Shown: positions 47,477 through 55,485 of the stretch, piece by piece | Layout: each line of letters opens with the position of its first letter | How positions within the stretch are numbered: position 1 is the first letter of the stretch | NCBI GenBank assembly: GCA_043819555.1 | Contig: JBDREQ010000007.1 | Span: 1 to 55,485 of the forward strand | Length of the DNA: 55,485 nt | DNA from: Candidatus Zixiibacteriota bacterium | GTDB lineage: Bacteria; Zixibacteria; MSB-5A5; GN15; JAAZOE01 | Reading direction: 5' to 3' | Notes under the pieces: model-generated | What the model was told of the DNA's origin: nothing | The model's database searches: none | What the model saw: the letters and a program-made list of their open reading frames with translations, nothing else | Position numbers and translations under genes: made by a program

Positions 47477-48865
47477 TCAGCGGTTGTAACGCTTTTTGAA
47501 TTCTTCCGAATCTGCTTTACGCCTCGCTTTTTCCGCCGGATCCATCTGGCCGGTAAACCATTTATGGTCATCGGAGGAAAGTATATCCTCAATAATTTTT
47601 TTGGCTTCTTCAGCGACCTTCGCTTTTTCACCGCCCTCTGCGAGAGCGTGCTCGATGATTTCTTCAGCTTCGGAAATAAAATCCATATAAAATCTCTCGG
47701 CGACTTCATAAAAGCCATGCCATTGGGTATAGTCGGGAGCGAACATAGCGGCACCCATTCTTGCCCGGCGGCCTTCGTGATGCCAGAGATAGAAATAAAT
47801 CCACTCAAACTCATCGTCAAAATCGATGTCATTGGTGATAAGTCCGCCGCTTCGAATTTTATTGTAAATATCAGTCGCCGGTATCGCGAATTTATTATTA
47901 TAAAGTTCAACGACATTATCATACTGAACATAGAAATTATCGACCCACGACGACGTATGGCAATTACCGCAGACGTTCTTCATATCATTGCGACGATCCT
48001 GCCAGGGCTTAACTGTATTACCGGCCGCTTTGGCCTTGGCATCAATATATTGCGAAATCGGTGGACGCAGAGTCCAGCTTATCCGGTCGCCGACATCATG
48101 AGTCATCGCCAAATCCTTGGTTGCCGACATATGGCACGTAGCGCAGGTCGGAGCCGCCGAATAATCCTGCCCGACAACCCACGAGGGATTATCAAGATTC
48201 ATGCGATTAATATGCGAGTAAAAGGCAATGCCGTGTTTTGATTCCTCATAGATTTCTTTTTGCGGATGATCGGGTCCCAGATGACATTTTCCGCAGTTCT
48301 CCGGTTGGCGGGCCAGTCTGGCGGAAAACGAATGGCGGCTGTGGCAGGCCGTACACGAACCTTTTGAACCGTCAGGGTTAAGGCGTCCAATTCCGGTATT
48401 GGGCCAGGTTGCGGGGTCAAGGGAACCATCATCATTTACTTTAATAACAGAACCGTGACATTGTTTGCATCCGGAAACAGCCGCGGCCGGTCCTTCAATA
48501 ATTTCACCGAGAACATTATCGAGCGATCCCAGAATTTTTCCACCATTGGCATGATGCGAGCGGTCAAATGCCGTAAATTCGCGTTCATGGCACCGCGAAC
48601 AATCTTTTGGGGATACTATAATCGAAATCAAAAAATCATTGTGTTCAATTGCGTCCGGGTCGCCGGTTTCGGCCTTGTGGCATTTATAACAGCCGACATC
48701 GCCCGCAAAATGACGCGACGCCCCCCATTCGGCAACCAGGCCTAGCATCTGATCCTGATGGCATTCAATGCAGGCGGCAGATTCTTCGGTCATCCCGGCA
48801 AACGCAAAACCCGCAAAGCAATAGCAGGCAATAACAGCCAAACTAATTATAATTGCCATCTTCAT
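47477..48865 (-). CDS. Octaheme cytochrome c, hydroxylamine oxidoreductase (HAO)-like
   Basis: Signal peptide and 8 CxxCH motifs (CIECH, CYKCH, CSRCH, CKQCH, CTACH, CGKCH, CATCH, CGNCH); HLGPDHPQ.EIY.ESKHG. Confidence 0.88.
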   Translation of the reverse strand: MKMAIIISLAVIACYCFAGFAFAGMTEESAACIECHQDQMLGLVAEWGASRHFAGDVGCYKCHKAETGDPDAIEHNDFLISIIVSPKDCSRCHEREFTAFDRSHHANGGKILGSLDNVLGEIIEGPAAAVSGCKQCHGSVIKVNDDGSLDPATWPNTGIGRLNPDGSKGSCTACHSRHSFSARLARQPENCGKCHLGPDHPQKEIYEESKHGIAFYSHINRMNLDNPSWVVGQDYSAAPTCATCHMSATKDLAMTHDVGDRISWTLRPPISQYIDAKAKAAGNTVKPWQDRRNDMKNVCGNCHTSSWVDNFYVQYDNVVELYNNKFAIPATDIYNKIRSGGLITNDIDFDDEFEWIYFYLWHHEGRRARMGAAMFAPDYTQWHGFYEVAERFYMDFISEAEEIIEHALAEGGEKAKVAEEAKKIIEDILSSDDHKWFTGQMDPAEKARRKADSEEFKKRYNR

Positions 48866-48901
48866 AATCGACCTCCCATATATATAACTTCTATCGTCTT
48901 T

Positions 48902-50161
48902 TTAAAAATCTATGGTTGTCATCGTGTACAGCCACATGCCTGTGCTGCGATTGGCTCCAGCGGCGGCATAATGTTCATCAGCGGCAAAGAAAGACATTCC
49001 CCCAGATAAAATTGCCCCGCTGATGATTTTCGTTTTGATAGTCAAATCAATTTCTAAGCCAATATTTGAAGTCAGGGTCGTGTCGTCGGATTTACTGACG
49101 TAATTCTGGGCCGCTTTGAAATAATGGAAATCACATTCCAGCCACCAATCAGGCGCGGGGCTGCCTTTTACACGAAACATGGCATCAATTAAACCATGCT
49201 CCGGAGATGATACGAATTCGTCCATATACCCGCGAAATTTATGCCCAGTATAATAATCATTAGCATAAGCTTTGTATTTGGTTGAATCCGCATGGTCATC
49301 ACCAGATGTATAATCGATGCCGACACCGGTATAGACGCCGCCTCTGCCTTCAAATTTATAACCGAGCTCGCCATTGAGCATAAACGCAGAAATATCCTGA
49401 ACCAAAATATCGGGTAACAAACTGCGCGGCCTTTCGCCAAACTGTAAATTTCCCTGCAGTGTTAGATCGATTTTATCAAACGAGTTATTATAATATCCGC
49501 CAATATTAAATCTTTTCAATTTCTGCTGAACATACGCGTTGCTATCGGCATCCAATTCATAAAATCCGAATAGGTCAAGATTGTATTTTTTGAACATGCC
49601 GTAAAAACCGACAATATCAAAATCTCGGTTATAATTTTCAGAATTCATCTCAATTTTTTTCAGCCAGAAAATATCGAATTGGACGTCTTCAGGTCGAATG
49701 GATGCTATTCCGCCCTCCCAGCTGCGGCCGACATTACTCCAACCTACGGCGCCGAAAACACGCTGGTTGCCGTAATTGACTTCAAAGCGTCCGGCCTTAC
49801 AGTAAAGCCATTCCCAGATTGCCTGATGAAGTTCAAAGTATGCCTGATGCAAATCGACATTATCGGATGCCGATAAATCTCCCGAACTCGGGTCGCCCAG
49901 CCGGCGCGAATCCTGAAATTGAATATAGGCTAATGCCTTATCGGTCGGCTCGAATTTCAATCCCACCCGCGTCCGTAAATCGGCAAATGTCTGTCCATGG
50001 CGCTCGGCCGCTAATGATTTTAAATTCAGCTCATCCCTTAACCGAATTTGCCCGTCATAACTGAATTTCGTTTCGGCCATTGCCGTTCTGGCAATACATG
50101 CGCTGATAATGATTGCGAAAATAATCTGTGTTATTCTGCACATCTCTCCATTCCTTTCCAT
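48902..50161 (-). CDS. Alginate-export-family outer-membrane beta-barrel protein
   Basis: Signal peptide, GQIRLRDE, DLHQAY, YGNQRVFG.VGWSN.GRS and a C-terminal Phe. The start may be a few codons downstream. Confidence 0.8.
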   Translation of the reverse strand: MERNGEMCRITQIIFAIIISACIARTAMAETKFSYDGQIRLRDELNLKSLAAERHGQTFADLRTRVGLKFEPTDKALAYIQFQDSRRLGDPSSGDLSASDNVDLHQAYFELHQAIWEWLYCKAGRFEVNYGNQRVFGAVGWSNVGRSWEGGIASIRPEDVQFDIFWLKKIEMNSENYNRDFDIVGFYGMFKKYNLDLFGFYELDADSNAYVQQKLKRFNIGGYYNNSFDKIDLTLQGNLQFGERPRSLLPDILVQDISAFMLNGELGYKFEGRGGVYTGVGIDYTSGDDHADSTKYKAYANDYYTGHKFRGYMDEFVSSPEHGLIDAMFRVKGSPAPDWWLECDFHYFKAAQNYVSKSDDTTLTSNIGLEIDLTIKTKIISGAILSGGMSFFAADEHYAAAGANRSTGMWLYTMTTIDF

Positions 50162-50383
50162 GTTTTTTGAATAATACTTGAAGCCTCTAATATAAAATTC
50201 AATAATAAGACAATTAAAATCAACAAAAAATTGGGGATAGTAAATCCATTTTCTTTAATGTAATTCTGCTCATTATAGTAGCCTTCAATAGATTTGAGTA
50301 TTTAGAACAACTTTTCCTTGACTTTAATCGGGTCAGCCATTATTTGAAGGCAATTTTGCAAACTTTATTATGAGAGGTGAATT

Positions 50384-51289
50384 ATGACTCGTTCATTTGT
50401 CCAAATAACAGATTTGACTGCCGATGAAATTTGGGAAGTTTTTGACCTTTGCGGAAAAATGAAAAAAGGCGAGATCTCGCCCAAACCCTTTGAAGGAAAA
50501 TCAGTCGGATGTATTTTTCACAAGCCGTCTCTGCGGACCCGGATATCATTTGAAACCGGAATCGCGCAATTGGGCGGGCAATCTTTGTATATCACTGAGA
50601 AGGAGATCCAACTTGGTGTACGAGAATCAATATATGATGCCGCCAAAGTGCTTTCCCGCTATCTGGCCACAATAATGATTCGTACTTTCAATCATAATGA
50701 CGTTGAGCAATTGGCTGAACATGCTGATGTTCCTGTTATAAACGGACTTACTGACCTGACCCATCCGTGCCAGATTATGGGTGATTATTTTACTTTACTT
50801 GAACACCGAGGTAAACGGGATGATTTCAAAATAGCCTATTTGGGCGATGGCAATAACGTCACCAACTCTTTTCTAAATCTTGCTTCGCGCATTCCAATGA
50901 AGTTTCATATTGGAACCGCCGCGGATACTCGGCCAGATCCAACGATATTAAAAAATGCGCAAAATGCTGGCATTTCAGAAATTATGCTGACTGAAGACCC
51001 TAAAGAAGCCGTTGCCGACGCCGATGTAATTTATACAGACGTATGGGCCTCAATGGGCCAGAAAGATAAGGCAGAAGATAAAGCAAGGTTATTAAAACAA
51101 TATCAGGTCAATGATGCGCTCGTGAAGCTGGCCTCACCGGATTGTCTGGTAATGCATTGTCTTCCGGCAGAGAGAGGAAAGGAAATAACCGCTGAGGTTA
51201 TTGACGGACCTCACTCCATTGTGTTCGATGAAGCGGAAAACAGACTGCATATCCAAAAGGCAATCATGCTGTTTTGCATGACGCACTGA
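50384..51289 (+). CDS. argF: Ornithine carbamoyltransferase
   Basis: SLRTR, HPCQ, DVWASMG and HCLPAERG. Confidence 0.9.
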   Translation: MTRSFVQITDLTADEIWEVFDLCGKMKKGEISPKPFEGKSVGCIFHKPSLRTRISFETGIAQLGGQSLYITEKEIQLGVRESIYDAAKVLSRYLATIMIRTFNHNDVEQLAEHADVPVINGLTDLTHPCQIMGDYFTLLEHRGKRDDFKIAYLGDGNNVTNSFLNLASRIPMKFHIGTAADTRPDPTILKNAQNAGISEIMLTEDPKEAVADADVIYTDVWASMGQKDKAEDKARLLKQYQVNDALVKLASPDCLVMHCLPAERGKEITAEVIDGPHSIVFDEAENRLHIQKAIMLFCMTH

Positions 51290-51338
51290 TTCCGGCATAA
51301 GTGAGCGGTAGTTGACCGAAGGAAAGGAGTTGTTTAAT

Positions 51339-52220
51339 ATGCGACTCGGCAAATTTACCGCCCTGGCAGGGATACTAATCATTGCGACAGCTTTCATAAT
51401 CAGCTGTTCGTCCGATGACAACAAGGCAACCACTCCGACAATCACTTATGGGGATAACAATGATCCGGAATTTGTACCTATACAGGTTCAGATTGATAGT
51501 GTTCTTCAAAATTTCGCATCTGATATTTTGGACGGATTGGAGAATTTACAAACTCCTCCGGGAGATCCGACTCAAACACGCGCTGATTTGGTTCCGGCAG
51601 GGGAAATTCCAATTGATACCGATCCAGATACCCTAATCCATGTCTATCAAAACGGATGGCATTATATTTATGCCAAGCATAGTGGTAATAGTTATGAGGC
51701 CCGCTTGCGCGACTCCGTTCGCTTTGAAACCGATAATGTCCCTGTAGAGGTAGCCACTAACGCCGTTGATTATATTCACGTCATAGATAACTGGACCTTC
51801 ACCGCCGTCAATCAAAATGTCACTCATACTGATTACGCCGGTCGTAACGAGTTCGAAATTTCCGGTTTGGATTTGAATGAATGCACAATTAACAGCTCGA
51901 CTAATAATAATATTTCCGTGCATTTCGTCCAGGGTGATTCGACTATGGATAATTCTTTCAGTTTTAACGTAAGCACTGACAACCTGATTGTTAAGAAAGC
52001 CACCGACGGTTGGTACTCAGGATGTCCTTCTTCCGGTACGGTTTCAATGACTCTATCCCATGTATTTACATGGGATAATGGATTAACCATCGGCAACGGA
52101 AGTTCAAGCTGGACGATTGAGGCAACATTCGACGATGGTACAGCTACCGTCACCGCGGATAACGGTACGGAAACATGGCGGTACACTTGCGAAGTTTGCA
52201 CAATGCCTATGACTCAGTAA
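51339..52220 (+). CDS. Hypothetical lipoprotein
   Basis: AAGGAG SD, lipobox IISC and a beta-rich mature part. Confidence 0.72.
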   Translation: MRLGKFTALAGILIIATAFIISCSSDDNKATTPTITYGDNNDPEFVPIQVQIDSVLQNFASDILDGLENLQTPPGDPTQTRADLVPAGEIPIDTDPDTLIHVYQNGWHYIYAKHSGNSYEARLRDSVRFETDNVPVEVATNAVDYIHVIDNWTFTAVNQNVTHTDYAGRNEFEISGLDLNECTINSSTNNNISVHFVQGDSTMDNSFSFNVSTDNLIVKKATDGWYSGCPSSGTVSMTLSHVFTWDNGLTIGNGSSSWTIEATFDDGTATVTADNGTETWRYTCEVCTMPMTQ

Positions 52221-52240
52221 AATATATCCCAACGAATATT

Positions 52241-52275
52241 AAAAGCCCCGGTTGCGCTCGACCGGGGTTTTTTTT
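52241..52275 (+). terminator. Intrinsic terminator
   Basis: GCCCCGGTT/GACCGGGGT stem followed by a T run. Confidence 0.8.
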
Positions 52276-52344
52276 GAGTCAAACGGTGAGTAACACCCCA
52301 ATTTTCTCATTGATTAAACTGTTTCAAATATCTACTTTGCCACC

Positions 52345-53283
52345 ATGAAAAACTATGGCGAATTATTGGCCGAATTCCTTGCTACGATGCGTGAATCGGG
52401 AAGGTACAGTCCACATACTATAAGTTCTTATCGCCTTGACCTGACTCGATTTGCTGAATATCTAATCGAACAGAATTTTACCAATAAATCATCGCCGGAA
52501 CTAAACAAAATTCTAATGCGTTCATATCTGGCAAGGTTGAATGATAAAAAAATTGGCAATCGTTCCATCTCGAGATTTCTCTCGGCGTTAGCGACATTTC
52601 AAAAATACCTGTTACAGAAAAAAGCCCCGGCTTCATCTCTTTTTGAAATTCCAAAAATAAAATATTCCCGGGGATTAGCCCCTTTTTTATCTCCCGAACA
52701 AATTGAGAGCGTTCTTGATTCAGATAAGAATTTCAAGCAGCCTCGCACGGATAAAGAGATGCTCAATAAATGGTTCAAGCTATTTCGTGATTTGACCATG
52801 CTTGAGTTTTTGTATTCCGCAGGGATTCGGCGTGCGGAACTGGCCGGAATGTCGCTTAATGCCATTGATTTTGACCGGGCATTGGTTTCGGTTCTGGGCA
52901 AAGGCAGCAAAGAGCGAAACGTCCCGTTAGGCCAGCCGGCGTTGAAAAGCTTCAAAAAATACAATCATCTACGCAAAAAAAAGCTGGAAGCTCTTGGAAA
53001 GAAAAGCGATTCTTTGTTTATTAACCGTTTCGGGGAACCTTTATCGGTACGAAGCGTAAACCGGATTGTGCGGGAATATGGATTGAAATCGGGTTTAGAA
53101 GTTACACCCCATATGTTAAGGCATAGTTTTGCCACGCATCTTCTCGACAACGGCGCCGATATCCGCGCTATTCAGGAGATGCTCGGGCATGAATCATTAA
53201 CCACGACGCAGATATACACACATGTGACGGCAGGGCGCCTGAAAGAAGCTTATAAAAAGGCTCATCCGCGGGCCGAAGAATAG
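52345..53283 (+). CDS. xerC: Tyrosine recombinase XerC
   Basis: LYSAGIRRAEL, GKGSKER and PHMLRHSFATHLL; sits upstream of hslVU, a conserved arrangement. Confidence 0.85.
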   Translation: MKNYGELLAEFLATMRESGRYSPHTISSYRLDLTRFAEYLIEQNFTNKSSPELNKILMRSYLARLNDKKIGNRSISRFLSALATFQKYLLQKKAPASSLFEIPKIKYSRGLAPFLSPEQIESVLDSDKNFKQPRTDKEMLNKWFKLFRDLTMLEFLYSAGIRRAELAGMSLNAIDFDRALVSVLGKGSKERNVPLGQPALKSFKKYNHLRKKKLEALGKKSDSLFINRFGEPLSVRSVNRIVREYGLKSGLEVTPHMLRHSFATHLLDNGADIRAIQEMLGHESLTTTQIYTHVTAGRLKEAYKKAHPRAEE

Positions 53284-53292
53284 AGGTACACG

Positions 53293-53832
53293 ATGAATAT
53301 GGAATTGCATGCCACAACAATCATTGGCATCAAAAGAGGAGACAAAGTTGCCCTCGCCGGTGATGGGCAGGTGACGTTTGGACAGACGATCATGAAAACA
53401 TCGGCGGTCAAATTGCGCCGGATGTATAACGATAAAATTCTGGCCGGATTCGCCGGATCGGCGGCCGACGCCTTTACGCTTTTTGAATTATTTGAAAAAA
53501 AGATCGAGGAATTTTCCGGCCAACTGATGCGCGCCGCGGTCGAACTGGCCAAAGAATGGCGTCGAGATAAATTCCTTAGGCATCTTGAGGCTCTTTTGGC
53601 CGTCGCCGATAGTAATCATTTATTGATTCTTACCGGTAAGGGCGACGTGGTCGAACCAGATGATGGCATTATCGCAATCGGTTCGGGGGGGAATTTTGCT
53701 CTCGCCGCCGCACGGGCATTGGTTTCAGAAACGGCTCTTGAAGCTCCGGAAATTGCCCGCAAAGCGCTTGAGATCGCGTCGAATATTTGCGTCTATACCA
53801 ATTCCAACATCACGGTCGAGACTTTGGAGTAA
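53293..53832 (+). CDS. hslV: ATP-dependent protease subunit HslV
   Basis: HATTII catalytic Thr, [16 protein letters not shown] and GSGG. Confidence 0.96.
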   Translation: MNMELHATTIIGIKRGDKVALAGDGQVTFGQTIMKTSAVKLRRMYNDKILAGFAGSAADAFTLFELFEKKIEEFSGQLMRAAVELAKEWRRDKFLRHLEALLAVADSNHLLILTGKGDVVEPDDGIIAIGSGGNFALAAARALVSETALEAPEIARKALEIASNICVYTNSNITVETLE

Positions 53833-53834
53833 TC

Positions 53835-55214
53835 ATGGAAATAAAGACTTTGGAAACAAAAAATAACATAGCCGCAATTGAAAATCTGACTCCCCGGGAG
53901 ATTGTCGAGGAGCTTGATAAATATATCGTGGGGCAGGATAAAGCCAAGCGGGCCGTGGCTATCGCTTTGCGCAACCGTTGGCGCAGACAAAGCATCGATT
54001 CGGAAATCGCCAAAGAAATCATGCCGGCCAATATTTTGATGATCGGCCCGACCGGAGTCGGCAAAACTGAAATATCGCGGCGGCTGGCCGGACTGACAAA
54101 GGCTCCGTTTGTTAAGGTCGAAGCTTCGAAGTTTACCGAAGTCGGATATGTCGGCCGCGATGTCGAATCGATGATTCGCGATTTGGTGGATCTCTCGGTC
54201 AACATGATCAAAGAAGAAAAGGCTGAACAGGTGGCCGAAGAGGCCAAACGGCGAACGACTGAACGGCTTCTCGATTTGCTATTGCCTACATCGGAGAAAA
54301 AGCCGGAGATGACCGATGATGAACGCAGCCGCATGCGCAGCACCCGGGAGCGATTGAAAGGCATGCTTGAAAACGGCATGCTCGAGGAGCGCATAGTCGA
54401 AGTCGAAGTCTCCAGCTCCGGTTCGCCAATTATCGAAGTCTTCACTCCGCAGGGCATGGAAGAAATGGGCGTCAACTTCCGGGAGATGTTTGGTAATCTC
54501 ATGCCTCCCAAAAAGCGCAAACGGCAAAAAATGGCTATATCCGAGGCGCGCAAAATCCTTGAGGCCGAAGAAACCGGCAAGCTGGTTAATATGGATGAAG
54601 TCATAGCCATCGCTCTCGAACGCGCCCAGGAATCGGGGATAGTTTTTATAGATGAAATCGACAAAATCGTTGGCAAAGATACCGCGCACGGCCCCGATGT
54701 TTCCCGCGAAGGCGTCCAGCGCGACATCCTCCCCGTCGTCGAAGGATGCAACGTGACAACCAAGTATGGCATGGTCCGGACCGATCATATTTTATTCATC
54801 GCTGCCGGAGCTTTTCATGGCAAGTCGCCTTCCGATTTGGTGCCTGAGCTTCAAGGCCGACTCCCGATTAGGGTCGAGCTCAATTCCCTCGGGGCCGATG
54901 AGTTCGTTCGCATTCTGACCGAACCGAAAGCGGCTTTAACGAAGCAGTATAAAGAGATGATGGCAACCGAAGGAATCCAGATTGAATTCGATGATGATGC
55001 CATCAAAAAAATCGCGTCCATTGCCGCCGAGGTGAATGAAAAGGCCGAAAATATTGGCGCCCGGAGATTGCATACGGTCATGTCGGCCCTGCTGGACGAG
55101 ATTATGTTTGATGCTCCCGACTGTGAAAAAAATATTCGCATCACTGAAGAGACCGTCACTAAAATCCTTTCATCGATTGTCCAGGATAAGGATCTGAGTC
55201 GGTATATATTGTAG
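53835..55214 (+). CDS. hslU: ATP-dependent protease ATPase subunit HslU
   Basis: GPTGVGKTE, GYVG, DEIDK, GARRL and DLSRYIL; GGAG SD before ATG 53835. Confidence 0.96.
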   Translation: MEIKTLETKNNIAAIENLTPREIVEELDKYIVGQDKAKRAVAIALRNRWRRQSIDSEIAKEIMPANILMIGPTGVGKTEISRRLAGLTKAPFVKVEASKFTEVGYVGRDVESMIRDLVDLSVNMIKEEKAEQVAEEAKRRTTERLLDLLLPTSEKKPEMTDDERSRMRSTRERLKGMLENGMLEERIVEVEVSSSGSPIIEVFTPQGMEEMGVNFREMFGNLMPPKKRKRQKMAISEARKILEAEETGKLVNMDEVIAIALERAQESGIVFIDEIDKIVGKDTAHGPDVSREGVQRDILPVVEGCNVTTKYGMVRTDHILFIAAGAFHGKSPSDLVPELQGRLPIRVELNSLGADEFVRILTEPKAALTKQYKEMMATEGIQIEFDDDAIKKIASIAAEVNEKAENIGARRLHTVMSALLDEIMFDAPDCEKNIRITEETVTKILSSIVQDKDLSRYIL

Positions 55215-55284
55215 AGCACACACTATATCCTTTTCGTGTAACAACAGCTCTCGAATTGTCGCAATTGTTGAAAACTTAGATCCC

Positions 55285-55389
55285 GTCATTGCGAATCCTC
55301 TCCGTGGGACTCGGGGAGGATGTGGCAATCTATTGGTTTTCAGAAAATACCAGATCGCCACGTCAGCCTTCGGCCTCCTTGCGATGACA
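55285..55389. repeat. Palindromic repeat family copy (inverted relative to 46644-46733)
   Basis: GTCATTGCGA...GTGGCAATCT...AGATCGCCAC...GCGATGACA. Confidence 0.75.
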
Positions 55390-55485
55390 GGTCTTATGTA
55401 ATTTTCAAAAGTTATCCACATTTTATCTTTCAAAATTCCGTGTAATTTAATATGGCATTGTTAGTTACAGTAAATTGGCTTTGTT

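Noticed and set aside
50384..51289. N-acetylornithine carbamoyltransferase (SLRT variant)
   Set aside because: The DVWASMG loop and HCLPAERG are typical of standard ornithine carbamoyltransferase.
20734..53283. Two tyrosine recombinases as prophage or island integrases
   Set aside because: Both have Xer signatures and housekeeping context, including the xerC-hslVU arrangement.
38673..54772. Long antisense ORFs (for example 38673-39500, 47564-48241, 53810-54772; also 18959-19711)
   Set aside because: They are shadow frames opposite well-supported genes and have no recognisable motifs.

Overview
Bacterial chromosomal window. Dockerin, cohesin and T9SS-type C-terminal domains, a eukaryote-like citrate synthase and an octaheme cytochrome suggest an FCB-group anaerobe such as Zixibacteria (inference). 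Bases 1 to about 8.3 kb are the right part of an integrated mobile element. It carries an XRE regulator, a tmRNA-3'-end att-like site with arm repeats, a secreted beta-helix cargo protein, a small serine recombinase, a DUF5659-like protein, an AAA+ helicase-like protein and a large serine integrase. The rest is mostly housekeeping: mlaEFD, an OPT transporter, xerD, comF, rel, LPS glycosyltransferases and msbA, gdh, prfB with its +1 frameshift, pta, an aminotransferase, pckA, citrate synthase, argF, xerC and hslVU. The best leads are two promoter- and terminator-bounded structured RNA candidates (about 15.9 kb and 46.2 kb), a REP-dense hotspot with a duplicated promoter (44.3-46.7 kb), a porin plus HAO-like octaheme cytochrome pair, and a cohesin/dockerin pair. 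All calls come from reading motifs by eye; no database searches were run.
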